From Candidatus Parcubacteria bacterium (GTDB lineage: Bacteria > Patescibacteriota > Minisyncoccia > UBA6257 > HR35): a stretch of 64,000 nt of DNA. The notes beneath the pieces are model-generated. The model was not told the origin of the DNA. It saw only the letters and a list, made by a program, of their open reading frames with translations, and did not search any database. This document shows positions 45,284-55,600 of this stretch, piece by piece; position 1 is the stretch's first letter; each line of letters begins with the position of its first letter. The position numbers and the translations under genes are program-made. The stretch spans positions 395,547 to 459,546 of the forward strand of contig AP024681.1 of assembly GCA_025999335.1 (NCBI GenBank), written 5' to 3'.

Positions 45284-45676
45284 ATGACAGATCCCATAGC
45301 TGATTTACTTACAAGAATTAGAAACGCCTTACGAGTGAATAAAACGATGATTGAAGTGAATGTTTCAAAGATGGCGATAGCTATTGCAAAGATTTTAAAA
45401 GATAATAGCTTAATCAATGATTTTAAAATTAATCAAACAAAACCGCCGAAAATGGTTATATTTTTAAAATACAGCGACGACGGCAAGCCATTTATTGAAG
45501 ATTTAAAGAGAATATCTAAGCCAGGAAGAAGAGTCTATGCTGGCTATAAAGATTTAAAACCCCTAAGAAGTGGTTTTGCTTTCCGGATTGTCTCAACAAA
45601 TAGAGGAGTAATGATTGATAGTGAAGCGAAGAGAAGAAAATTAGGCGGGGAAATAATTTGCGAAGTTTATTATTAA
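45284..45676 (+). CDS. rpsH: 30S ribosomal protein S8
   Basis: 130 aa. MTDPIADLLTRIRNA... and ...ISKPGRRVY...GGEIICEVY. Confidence 0.9.
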   Translation: MTDPIADLLTRIRNALRVNKTMIEVNVSKMAIAIAKILKDNSLINDFKINQTKPPKMVIFLKYSDDGKPFIEDLKRISKPGRRVYAGYKDLKPLRSGFAFRIVSTNRGVMIDSEAKRRKLGGEIICEVYY

Positions 45677-45689
45677 TCAATTAATATTA

Positions 45690-46262
45690 ATGTCTAAAAT
45701 AGGCGAAAAACCAATTATTATTTTAGAAGGCGTGACGATTGATAAAGTGAATGATCAAGAAATTAAAATTAAAGGACCTAAAGGAGAGGTAAATTTTTCT
45801 TTACCGTCTAATTTTACTTTTGTTTTTGAGGATAAACAAATTAAAATTGTCCCTCATCTTAATATTGACAACAAAGATCAGTTAGATCGCAAAACAAAAG
45901 CTTTATGGGGAACGCTGCGATCGCTTCTAAATAATAAAATTATCGGTGTTAGTCAAGGATTTGAAAAAGTTTTAATATTAGAGGGATTAGGATATGGAGG
46001 CGAAATAAGAGATAATAAATTAGTCTTTAAAATAGGTTATTCTCATCCTGTAAGCATTGACATTCCTTCGGATGTTGAAGTATCTATTAAGCCAGAAAAG
46101 GGTAAAAGTTTGATTTATGTTCGTGGCATTGACAAAGAACGAGTTGGTTCTTTTGCGGCAAAGATTAAATCATTGAAGAAAGCTGATCGTTATCATCAAA
46201 AAGGTTTTAGGTATATTGATGAGATCATTAAATTAAAGCCTGTTAAAAAAGCAACAAAATAA
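45690..46262 (+). CDS. rplF: 50S ribosomal protein L6
   Basis: 190 aa. MSKIGEKPIII...KGPKGEV.. two-domain L6 pattern and ...GFRYIDEII. Confidence 0.9.
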   Translation: MSKIGEKPIIILEGVTIDKVNDQEIKIKGPKGEVNFSLPSNFTFVFEDKQIKIVPHLNIDNKDQLDRKTKALWGTLRSLLNNKIIGVSQGFEKVLILEGLGYGGEIRDNKLVFKIGYSHPVSIDIPSDVEVSIKPEKGKSLIYVRGIDKERVGSFAAKIKSLKKADRYHQKGFRYIDEIIKLKPVKKATK

Positions 46263-46276
46263 AATTATTATAAAAA

Positions 46277-46615
46277 ATGGATAAAGCTAAAAGATTACAA
46301 AGAAAAAGAAGAATAAGACAAAAGATTAAAGGTACAGCAGAAAGACCACGTTTGAGCGTTTTTCGTTCTAATAGAAATATTTATGTGCAAGCAATTGATG
46401 ATGATAAAGGCATTACCTTGGCTGCTGTTAATAGTTTAACTTTTAAAGAAAAATTAACCAATAAACAAAAAGTGGAGAAAGTTGCTGAAGAGTTTGCTAA
46501 AAAGATTTTAAGTAAAGGTATAAAGACAGTTGTTTTTGATAGAAATGGCTTTGCTTATTCCGGTCGTATTAAATTATTAGCTGAACTTTTAAGAAAACAA
46601 GGATTAATATTTTAG
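46277..46615 (+). CDS. rplR: 50S ribosomal protein L18
   Basis: 112 aa. ...RPRLSVFRSNRNIYVQAIDDDKGITLAAV... and ...VVFDRNGFAYSGRIKLLAELLRKQGL. Confidence 0.85.
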   Translation: MDKAKRLQRKRRIRQKIKGTAERPRLSVFRSNRNIYVQAIDDDKGITLAAVNSLTFKEKLTNKQKVEKVAEEFAKKILSKGIKTVVFDRNGFAYSGRIKLLAELLRKQGLIF

Positions 46616-46617
46616 AT

Positions 46618-47142
46618 ATGACTAAAACTGATAGCGAACAAAAAATTGATTATAAAGTAGTAGAAATAAGAAGAGTAGCAAAGGTTACTGAAGGTGGCAA
46701 GCGTTTAAAAATTAGAGCTGTAGTGGTTGTTGGCAATCATCAAGGACGAGTGGGAATTGGCATTGCCAAGGGTGACGATTTTAGCGATGCAGTTAGTAAG
46801 GCTAAAAAAGCTGCTGAAAAAAATATGATTTCTGTGCCAATCATTAATGGAACAGTCCCTTATTCTGTAAAAGCTAAAATAGGCGCAGCCGAGATATTGA
46901 TTAAACCAGCCAAAAGTGGTAAAGGATTAGTTGCTGGTAGCGCTGCAAGAAATGTTTTAGCTTTGGCAGGCTATAAAGATGTTAGCGCTAAAATTTTAGG
47001 TGTTACTAAAAATGTTTTATTAAATACTTTTGTTACTTTAAAAGCCTTAAGTCAATATCAAGATTATGACAAGAAAAAATATATTAAGGAATTATTAAAA
47101 GGTAAAAAATTAGTAAGTCAAAGTGAATCCGTTGATAAGTAA
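46618..47142 (+). CDS. rpsE: 30S ribosomal protein S5
   Basis: 174 aa. ...VVEIRRVAKVTEGGKRLKIRAVVVVGNHQGRVGIGIAKG... and ...GSAARNVLALAG... Confidence 0.9.
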   Translation: MTKTDSEQKIDYKVVEIRRVAKVTEGGKRLKIRAVVVVGNHQGRVGIGIAKGDDFSDAVSKAKKAAEKNMISVPIINGTVPYSVKAKIGAAEILIKPAKSGKGLVAGSAARNVLALAGYKDVSAKILGVTKNVLLNTFVTLKALSQYQDYDKKKYIKELLKGKKLVSQSESVDK

Positions 47143-47162
47143 TTTTTATTCAATTTCGAACA

Positions 47163-47594
47163 ATGCAGCTTCATCAAATAAAATTTAGTTTAAGAAAAAG
47201 AAAAAGAGTAGGACGAGGCGGTAAAAAAGGTAATTATTCTGGTAGAGGTTTGAAGGGACAAAAGTCAAGAGCTGGTCGACGTATTCGTCCAGCGGTTAGA
47301 GATATTATTTTAAAATTACCCAAACGTAAAGGTTTTAAAAATATTAAAATTAAAAGAAAAATTTTTGTTATTAATTTAGACAATATTGATAAAAAATTTA
47401 ATGCCAACGAGATTGTTAGCCTTAAAACATTAGTTGCGAAAAAATTACTTACAATACCTAAAAGCGTAAAAAGTTTTAAGGTTAAAATTTTAGGCAGAGG
47501 CAATTTAACAAAATCATTATTATTTAAACCGGAATTTATTTTTTCTGACCGAGCTCTTAATAAAATTGAAGATTCGGGCAGCAAAATCGAATGA
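47163..47594 (+). CDS. rplO: 50S ribosomal protein L15, directly after rpsE with no rpmD (L30) between
   Basis: 143 aa. ...RKRVGRGGKKGNYSGRGLKGQKSRAGRRIRP... Confidence 0.85.
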   Translation: MQLHQIKFSLRKRKRVGRGGKKGNYSGRGLKGQKSRAGRRIRPAVRDIILKLPKRKGFKNIKIKRKIFVINLDNIDKKFNANEIVSLKTLVAKKLLTIPKSVKSFKVKILGRGNLTKSLLFKPEFIFSDRALNKIEDSGSKIE

Positions 47595-48874
47595 ACATTG
47601 TCAATCTTTTAAAACAATTATTGTTTTATCATGATTTACGACGTCGAGTTGTTATTGTTTTGCTTTTATTGTTATTTTTTAGATTATTAGCAAATATACC
47701 GTTACCGGATATCGACCGTCAGTCTATAAGTAATTTTTTTACAGGTAAAAGTTTTTTAGGACTTTTTGATTTATTCGCTGGTGGTGCATTGTCAAATTTT
47801 TCTTTAGTAATGCTTGGTTTAGGTCCTTATATTACAGCAACGATTATTTTACAGATTTTGACATTTGTTTATCCAAGATTAAAAGAAATGTATTATGAAG
47901 AAGGTGAAATTGGTAGGGCTAAATTTATGCAATATGCAAGGATTATAACTATTCCTTTAGCCTTTTTACAAGCTCTGGGATGGATAAATTTTTTGATTGC
48001 TAACAATATTGTGCCTTTTAATGGTTATATCAATTTGGTTAAAGATGCTTTATTAGTTACCGTGGGAACAATGATTTTAATGTGGATAGGTGAATTGATT
48101 ACTGAACAAAAATTGGGCAATGGCATTTCGTTGATTATTTTTTCAGGTATTGTTTCACATATGCCGCAAGTTATTTATAAAGCGTATTTAGATATATCTA
48201 ACTTTAATGTAGTTATTATTCAAAGTTATTTATTATTTTTAGCATTAGCTTTGTTAGTAATCGTAGGTATTATTTTTATTAATGAAGCTGAAAGAAGAGT
48301 GCCGCTCACTTTTGCTAAAAGAGTTAGAGGTAATCGCATTTATGGCGGTGCTAACACTTATTTGCCTATACGTTTGTCGCAAGCTGGTGTTATTCCAATT
48401 ATTTTTGCTATCGCTGTTTTATTATTTCCTCAGACTATATTTCAGTTATTAGCTAAAAGCAATTGGGGATTTGTTAGCGCTATTTTAAGCAGCATTAATA
48501 GTTTTTTGAGTAATCAATTATTTTTTGGTTTTCTTTATTTTATTTTAGTTTTTGTTTTTACTTATTTTTATACCTCAGTAGCTTTTAATCCTGATGAAAT
48601 TGCTAAGAATTTGCAAAATAACGGTGCTTTTATACCCGGCGTACGTCCTGGCAAAGAAACTCAAAAATACTTTAAAGATACTGTTTTTCGTTTAACATTT
48701 TTTGGCGGTTTGTTTTTAGGTTTTATTGCTGTTTTGCCTTATATTTTTCAATATATTACCGGTGTTCAATATTTATCTATTGGTGGAACTTCTATTTTAA
48801 TTATTGTTTCTGTTGCTATCGAAACGGTTAAACAAATAAGATCGGAAATTAGCTTACGGCGTTATGAAACATAA
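47591..48874 (+). CDS. secY: preprotein translocase subunit SecY
   Basis: 427 aa, 10 transmembrane helices. ...GLGPYITATIILQIL... and ...RRVPLTFAKRV...PIRLSQAGVIPIIFA... Confidence 0.9.
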   Translation: MNIVNLLKQLLFYHDLRRRVVIVLLLLLFFRLLANIPLPDIDRQSISNFFTGKSFLGLFDLFAGGALSNFSLVMLGLGPYITATIILQILTFVYPRLKEMYYEEGEIGRAKFMQYARIITIPLAFLQALGWINFLIANNIVPFNGYINLVKDALLVTVGTMILMWIGELITEQKLGNGISLIIFSGIVSHMPQVIYKAYLDISNFNVVIIQSYLLFLALALLVIVGIIFINEAERRVPLTFAKRVRGNRIYGGANTYLPIRLSQAGVIPIIFAIAVLLFPQTIFQLLAKSNWGFVSAILSSINSFLSNQLFFGFLYFILVFVFTYFYTSVAFNPDEIAKNLQNNGAFIPGVRPGKETQKYFKDTVFRLTFFGGLFLGFIAVLPYIFQYITGVQYLSIGGTSILIIVSVAIETVKQIRSEISLRRYET

Positions 48875-49481
48875 ACATTTTTTTAAAAATATAGTTTTTT
48901 TTATAGGACCACCAGCTTCAGGCAAAGATACTCAAGCAGAAATTTTAGCCAAAGAACTTAACGGCAAATTGCTAACAACAAGTTCTCTATTAAGAGATTT
49001 TTTTTCTCAGAATAAGAAAAAATTTCTTTATTTTAACAATAAAAAAATTGACCTTCGCCGGGAGGAACGAAAGATGCTTAACGGTAAGTTAGTTAATTCT
49101 AATTTAGTACTTTATGTTTTGTTGAATAGCATTCTAAACTTAACTAAAAAATATAATTTATTATTATTTGCTGGTTCGCCACGTACTTTAAAAGAAGCAA
49201 AACAAGAGCTTACATTTTTTAATACTCATAATATTAATTTCCTGACTATTTTTTTAGATATTGACGAGAAAGAAATAATAAAACGTGCTTTAAAAAGAGC
49301 TCGAATTGACGATAAGAAAGCAATTGTTTTAAAAAGAATTAACTTTTACAAAAGAAATACTTTGCCAGCTATTAAATTTTTAGCTAAACATAAGGTGCTT
49401 TTATCAATTAATGGTAAAGGTTCAATTTTGCAAGTACATAAACGAATTTTACGCGCTTTAACAAATTGTTTGCATATTTAA
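48864..49481 (+). CDS. adk: adenylate-kinase-like nucleoside monophosphate kinase, divergent
   Basis: 205 aa in the canonical position after secY. P-loop IVFFIGPPASGKDTQA (GKD instead of GKG), ...LLTTSSLLRD..., ...FAGSPRTLKEAKQ... Confidence 0.6.
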   Translation: MKHKHFFKNIVFFIGPPASGKDTQAEILAKELNGKLLTTSSLLRDFFSQNKKKFLYFNNKKIDLRREERKMLNGKLVNSNLVLYVLLNSILNLTKKYNLLLFAGSPRTLKEAKQELTFFNTHNINFLTIFLDIDEKEIIKRALKRARIDDKKAIVLKRINFYKRNTLPAIKFLAKHKVLLSINGKGSILQVHKRILRALTNCLHI

Positions 49482-49520
49482 TTTTTTATTAATTTTTATT
49501 TTGCTTGATATAATATTTAT

Positions 49521-49607
49521 GGAGGGGTGCGAGAACGGCTAATCGGGCGGTCTTGAAAACCGCTGGCTTTTACAGCCTTGTGGGTTCGAATCCCACCCCC
49601 TCCGCCA
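49521..49607 (+). tRNA. tRNA-Ser (anticodon TGA), class II with long variable arm and encoded CCA
   Basis: Acceptor GGAGGGG/CCCCTCC, 3-bp D stem, anticodon stem GCGGT/ACCGC with loop CTTGAAA, variable arm TGGCTTTTACAGCC, T arm GTGGG-TTCGAAT-CCCAC, discriminator G + CCA. TATAAT at 49509-49514 just upstream. Confidence 0.85.
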
Positions 49608-50561
49608 GTTTACAATTTCAGCGTTTTTGAATATTTTTTGTTTTGTTGTTTTTGTTGGTTGTTAATGATTTAGGTGTCTTGGTAAAAGTAATAAATTATA
49701 ATGAAATCAAGTAATAAATTAACAATTGTTGAAAATATAAAGAAATATCGGTTAAAAGTTAGGAGTTTCTCAAAACAAGCTTTCAAAATTAACTGACATT
49801 ACTTATGACGCGATTATCAAGATTGAATTAGAATAAATAAAAATCTTAAAACCAAAAGTTAAATTTTTAATTTAATCAATATTATTGTTAAATTATTCAA
49901 TTTGACTTGAATAGATAATTATGACTGAAGATTTTTTGAAAAATTTAATCAAAGAATATAAACACTTGACTATTTATGTTTATCCCAATCATGGTTATCT
50001 TGGAGGTTGCGTTATGCGGTGCAAACGCGAAGATGCTTTTGATTTGATAAATACAACGCCGGAGGAATAAATAGGGCTACTTTTTGTTTTGTGATATTTG
50101 AAAGAGGCAATAAAAAAAGCTTTTTAACAAGATTGGCTTAATTATTAGTTTTTGATAAATGAAACAAGAGACGTTTGCGCTGTCATTTTGTTACTCGCTA
50201 CGTAAAACTAAAAACATTTATTAATATTGTATTTGAAGATAAACTCTATGGACATAATCATAAAAAAGGTAATAGTTTCGTAACATCAGAAGAATTACTA
50301 AAGGCGATTCGAGAAGAATTAAAAAAGGCATTAAAATAATTTTAAAAACGGCTCATTCGTGAAGCGGGTATGGCGAGTAGGGAAAAATTTACCAATTGTT
50401 TGCTTGCGAGTTGATTACGATATTAGAGTAAATTCGTTGTTTGATAAGTTTTAAAGCGTGTTTGAGTTAAAACAACTTGGAAAAATTATGTTATTTGATC
50501 ATAATTATATAATAATGAGTATAATAATGAGTATATTAAACAAAAAATTATTATAAAACAT

Positions 50562-51257
50562 ATGAGCTCTGAAAATCCGATTAAATCTAAGGAAGTGTTC
50601 TCGAAAATAAGAATTGAAATTGATCCAGATTTTAATGGTTTTGTTCCAGACGAGTTTATGCAAAATCCTATAGAATATTTTGAAAAGATGGGACGGAATA
50701 TAAAATCAGGAGAAATTAAACGAGATAAATTTGGTAGAATACGCGAAGATCCAACTGCTGTTAAAGAATTTCCAGTTTGGCGAGATGCAAAAGGAGACGA
50801 ATTACAAACAATTGCTAAGAGAGTAAATATAAAAAAAGGGAAAATTGGAGAATCTGGTAATCCATTTTATGAATATGAAATTATGAAAATTGTAAGAAGC
50901 ATTAGCTTGCCTGCTCCGCGTCCTGTTGCGAAAGTTGAACAGCAGGGAGTATATTTGATTGTAATGGAGAAAGTGCCTGGGATTAATTGGCACGAAAACA
51001 ACGAACTTGAACTAAAAGAAAAAGGTTTCAGCGATGAAGATATCGAAAATCTTAAAAGGCAGGCGGAAATAATGATGGTTGAATTACAACAAAGATTTGA
51101 AGAAGCTGGAATTATTCGTGGTTGGAAATTAAAAGATATGATTTTTGATATTGATTTTGAAAATAAAAAAATTAGAAAAATTATACCTACTGATTGGGAA
51201 AGAACAAAAATTAACATAAAGAAACTAGAAGAGTATAGAAAGAGAATTCAGGGATAG
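50562..51257 (+). CDS. hypothetical protein with possible protein-kinase-like/phosphotransferase fold
   Basis: 231 aa. Hinge-like ...VYLIVMEKVPG... and ...IIPTDWERT... (compare the APH/Kdo-kinase IDWE motif). The catalytic-loop HGD is not conserved (RGWKLKD). Confidence 0.3.
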   Translation: MSSENPIKSKEVFSKIRIEIDPDFNGFVPDEFMQNPIEYFEKMGRNIKSGEIKRDKFGRIREDPTAVKEFPVWRDAKGDELQTIAKRVNIKKGKIGESGNPFYEYEIMKIVRSISLPAPRPVAKVEQQGVYLIVMEKVPGINWHENNELELKEKGFSDEDIENLKRQAEIMMVELQQRFEEAGIIRGWKLKDMIFDIDFENKKIRKIIPTDWERTKINIKKLEEYRKRIQG

Positions 51258-51481
51258 AAATGTATTTATAAGTTAAATAGGGTTAAATAATTCTTAAATT
51301 TTTATTAGAAAACTTAAGAATTGTTTTTTTATATTCAAAACTTTATTTTATTTTTTGAATTTATATTGCTCCTTAGATAAAGAATTAGTTGTTTGTTGGT
51401 TAAGATTAAAAAGAAAATTTAACCTTTTATTCTTATTTTGTAAATTTGGGTTTTTGAATTTTGGTTAATATTTTAATATCA

Positions 51482-52462
51482 TTAGCTCCAATGTGATTTG
51501 ATATACGATGTAATTTCGCTAACTTTTAAGGGTACAGTTGTATTATTGATTCTAACAAAAAATAATTCTTCGTTATCAAATTTTACATATACCGGTTTAT
51601 CACTTGGAAAAACTTTAATAATAGCTATTTCCTTATCTTCAATTTTTTGAAAAAAAATTTTGACATATTTATGATATTGAATGCCGATATAATGTTTAAA
51701 GATGTTGAGAAAATGATTTTGAAAACTGTCGCTGTTTTTTTTAGGTAATGTTTGATAGTCGGCATCTAGACCAGTTACTCTTTGTTCATCGTCAACGCCA
51801 ATAATTAAAAATCCTCCTTGGCTATTTAAAAAACCAGCGATAGTTTTGATAATTGCTTTTTCTAAATTTTTATTTACCTTGCCTTCTTTAAAATCCCATC
51901 GCATAGATTGTTTAAATTCAATATTTTCACTTTCTTTGCGTTGTAAAATGCTTGCTAAACTTTCGCCTTGGTAAAGTTCATTGATGTATTTTCTTTTAAT
52001 GTTGTTAATAATTATTTTTTTTATTTGTTTTGGATTATAAATATTGTCTAAGATTAAAGTTTGATTATCTTGGGAATTGTAAATAATAATATTGCCAACA
52101 TTAAAAAATTTGTCAAGGGGAGTATGAGATAATTTGACTTCTATTTTTTCATTAAGATATATTATTTGTCTTTTTTTGGCAATAAAATTTTTTTCATAAA
52201 TAATAACATCGGGATAAATAGTTATAGTTTCCAAATGCCATTTTATAAAAGCAGCGACGATTAAGATTATTTCCGCTAAGACTATAAATAATAATTTAGC
52301 TAATTCGTATGAGATTATTTGAGTTAAATTAAGAGCTTTATATATTTCTCCATAATTTGCTAAAATTGCAGCTATAAAATATAAAAAACTGCCTAAAAAT
52401 TGAATAATAATTAGGTTTTTGATAATTACAATAGGATGTTTTTTTATAACTATATTTTTCAT
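51482..52462 (-). CDS. membrane protein with an N-terminal bacterial PH (bPH_2/YdbS-like) domain and a C-terminal AlbA_2 (Schlafen-like putative DNA-binding) domain
   Basis: Two transmembrane helices plus ...DVIIYEKNFIAKKRQIIYLNEKIEV... bPH-like core. C-terminal ...ESENIEFKQSMRWDF...AGFLNSQGGFLIIGVDDEQRVTGL... matches the AlbA_2 motif. Confidence 0.5.
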   Translation of the reverse strand: MKNIVIKKHPIVIIKNLIIIQFLGSFLYFIAAILANYGEIYKALNLTQIISYELAKLLFIVLAEIILIVAAFIKWHLETITIYPDVIIYEKNFIAKKRQIIYLNEKIEVKLSHTPLDKFFNVGNIIIYNSQDNQTLILDNIYNPKQIKKIIINNIKRKYINELYQGESLASILQRKESENIEFKQSMRWDFKEGKVNKNLEKAIIKTIAGFLNSQGGFLIIGVDDEQRVTGLDADYQTLPKKNSDSFQNHFLNIFKHYIGIQYHKYVKIFFQKIEDKEIAIIKVFPSDKPVYVKFDNEELFFVRINNTTVPLKVSEITSYIKSHWS

Positions 52463-52514
52463 ATAGTTTTATATTAAGATTATGTATTTTGTATACTTAT
52501 TATACGATAAAGAC

Positions 52515-52543
52515 TTGACAAAAAAATAATTATTTGTTATACT
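52515..52543 (+). promoter_or_regulatory. sigma70-like promoter upstream of rpoB
   Basis: TTGACA at 52515-52520, 17-nt spacer, TATACT at 52538-52543. Confidence 0.35.
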
Positions 52544-52616
52544 TTTATTATATTTAAATGTTAATTTAGCCCTTTTTTCTTTTTTTATAAAGAAAGCCCT
52601 TTTCGGCTTTTATTTA

Positions 52617-55600
52617 ATGTTTGCGTCAAAAAACTTTTCCAAATTTAAGTATTTAGAAATTAATGATTTGTTAAAAGATATTAAGGAATCTTTTAATAAT
52701 TTTCTGTTTTTAAAATTTGAAAATATTATTAAAGAATATTTTCCTATTTATGATTATTCTGAAAAGGAATTGAGATTAGATTTTAAAGGTTTGGAGTTAG
52801 GTTCACCAAAAATAACTGAAGATGAAGCTAAATACTATGGCATAAATTTTGATATCCCTTTACGTTTTAATTTTGTTTTGCATAATCTTGTTACTGGCGA
52901 TGCTAAAGAGCAAAAGATATTTTTTGGCGACATTCCTGCAATGACTAAAAGCGGTACTTTTATTATTAATGGCATTGAAAGAATTATCGTTAATCAATTA
53001 TTAAGATCTCCGGGCATTTATTTCTCTTATCTTATGTATGGTGATGCTAAAAAATTTGGTGCTAAAGTTATGCCTCATCAAGGAGCGTGGCTTGAATTTC
53101 AAACTGAAGCAACCGATATTATTCAAGTAAGAATTGATCGTCATAAAAAAGTTCCGGTGACTATTTTATTAAAAGCTTTTGGCTTTGAAAGCAATGACGA
53201 GATTTTAAATTTTTTTGGTAATGATAATTTTATCGTTAATACTTTGAAAAAAGATAATACTTTAAATAGAGAAGAAGCTTTATTAGAAATTCATCGTAAA
53301 TTAAAACCTTTTGAACCTAATACCTACGACAACGCTCTTTTTTATTTTGAAAATACATTTTTAAATCCAGCTCGTTATAATCTTTCTCCTATAGGGAGAT
53401 ATCATGTTAATAGACGTTTGAACAATGATTCGCAGTCTCCTTGTTTAGAACGTCGCGATATTGAGTTAATTATTAAAGAAATTATTCGTTTAAACAATGA
53501 TCAAAATGCTGAAAGAGATGATATTGATGCTTTGTATAATCGAAGAGTGCGTGATGTTGCTGAATTGTTAGAAAATCAAACGCGAATTGGTTTATTAAGA
53601 TTAAAAAAAGATATTCAAGACAGAATGAGTGCTGTTGATAAATCTCAAGCTTTATTGCCTTCACAGGTTGTTTATCCAAGAAAATTTATTAATTCTATAA
53701 TTGAATTTTTTAATATCTCGCCATTGTCACAGATTTTAGATCAAGTTAATCCTTTGTCAAGCATAGAACATAAAAGAAAATTAACCGGTGGTGGTCCTGG
53801 CGGATTAACCAAAGAAAGAGCTACTTTAGAAGCAAGAGATGTTCATCCTTCTCATTATGGTAGAATATGTCCAATTCAAACTCCTGCTGAAGGACAAAGC
53901 GTTGGTATTAGTTTAAGTCGTGCTTTATATGCAAGAAGAAACGAGTACGGTTTTTTGGAAACTCCTTATTATAAAGTTGTTAATGGCAAAATTAGCAATG
54001 AAATTGTTTGGCTTACAGCTGATCAAGAAGCTAAAGAAATTATTGCCTCACGATTTGTTAATATAGACAACAAAGGAAATATTTTAGACGAAGAAGTTGA
54101 GGCAAGAGTATACGGAGAGCCAAGACTTGTTTCTAAAGATGAAGTTACCTTAATAGATGTTTCTCCTTTTCAAATCTTTTCATTAGCAACTTCTTTAATT
54201 CCTTTTGTTGAACATGATGATGCTAACAGAGCCCAGATGGGTTCTAAAATGCAAAATCAAGCAGTTACTTTGGTTAAGCCTGATATTCCTTTAGTATCTA
54301 CAGGTTTAGAAGAAAAAACAGCAAGAGAATCTGGATTAGTTATCATTGCTGAACACGACGGGGAAGTAGTTTATGTTGATGCTGATTGCATTATTTTAAA
54401 ATGCAAAACTAGCAAAGGTTATGAAAAGGTTGTTTATAATTTACGCAAGTTTCAAAGAACTTCAGCTTTTACTTGCTATAATCAAAAACCAATTGTTCGC
54501 TTAGGTCAAAAAGTGAAGAAAGGAGATGTTTTAACCGATGGTCCTGCAATTAAAAACGGCACTTTAGCATTAGGACAAAATGTGTTGATGGCATTTTTAC
54601 CGTGGCATGGTTATAATTATGAAGATGCTATTATTGTTTCGGAAAGATTGTTAAAAGACGATCTTTTTTCTTCTATTTATTTAGAAGAGTTTTCGGTTGA
54701 TGTTTTAGACACAAGATTAGGACCAGAAATTACAACTTATGATATTCCTGAAGTGCCTGAAAATAAATTAAGAAATTTAGATATTGATGGTTATATTCAA
54801 GTTGGTACTTATGTTAAACCGGGCGATATTCTTGTTGGTAAAATAACGCCAAAAAGAGAAGTAGAAATCACTCCTGAAGAAAAATTATTAAAAGCTATTT
54901 TTGGAGAAAAAGCGGAAGAGAAAAAAGATTCGTCTTTATATTTAGAACCTGGCAAAGAAGGAAGAGTGATTAAGGTTAAGGTTTTGAATCGTAGTAAGGG
55001 CGAAATTACTGAGCCAGGAGTTTTGAAAAGAGTTTTTGTTGAAATAGCTAAATTGCGCAAAATTCAAATCGGCGATAAATTAGCTAATCGACATGGTAAT
55101 AAGGGTGTTATTTCGGTGATTTTGAAAGAGGAAGATATGCCATTTTTGCCTGATGGTCGACGTTTAGATATAGTTCTTAATACTACAGGTATTATTTCAA
55201 GAATGAATATAGGACAGATTTTAGAAGCGCATTTAGGTTTAGCTGCCCATAAGTTACAATATAGAGCTATTGTTCCTCCTTTCTCTGGTTTTACGGCTGA
55301 TGAGGTAAAAGCAGAATTAAGGAAAGCAAACTTACCCGAAGATGGTAAAACAATTTTATACGATGGTTTAACTGGTGAACCTTTTAATCAAAGAGTTACT
55401 GTAGGTTATATGACTATTATGAAATTAGTACATATGGTTGAAGATAAAATTCATGCGCGTTCTATTGGTCCTTATTCTTTAATTACTCAACAACCTCTTG
55501 GTGGTAGAGCGCAATTTGGTGGGCAAAGATTAGGAGAAATGGAAATGTGGGCTTTAGCAGCTCATGGCGCTACAGAAATTTTACAAGAAATGCTTACTAT

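Noticed and set aside
49521-49607. Considered tRNA-Sec because of the long variable arm
   Set aside because: The acceptor stem is 7 bp, the D-stem is 3 bp, and the anticodon loop reads TGA in the Ser context with G73. No selA/selB/SECIS context. This is a class II tRNA-Ser.
49701-49836. Frameshifted XRE-family HTH gene (MKSSNKLTIVENIKKYRLKV... / ...LGVSQNKLSKLTDITYDAIIKIELE)
   Set aside because: The helix-3-like segment is suggestive, but helix 2 cannot be aligned and both frames are very short. It is kept only as part of the degenerate-island finding, not as a feature.
49921-50070. 49-aa ORF MTEDFLKNLIKEYKHLTIYVYPNHGYLGGCVMRCKREDAFDLINTTPEE
   Set aside because: No recognisable family, and no ribosome-binding site or promoter evaluated. 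It may be a remnant, so it is not called.
52580-52616. Hairpin AAAGCC-cttttc-GGCTTT plus T-run immediately upstream of the rpoB ATG, as a terminator or attenuator
   Set aside because: Only a 6-bp A/T-rich stem that overlaps the presumed ribosome-binding and start region. The upstream minus-strand gene is divergent, so nothing needs terminating. It is more likely a chance structure.
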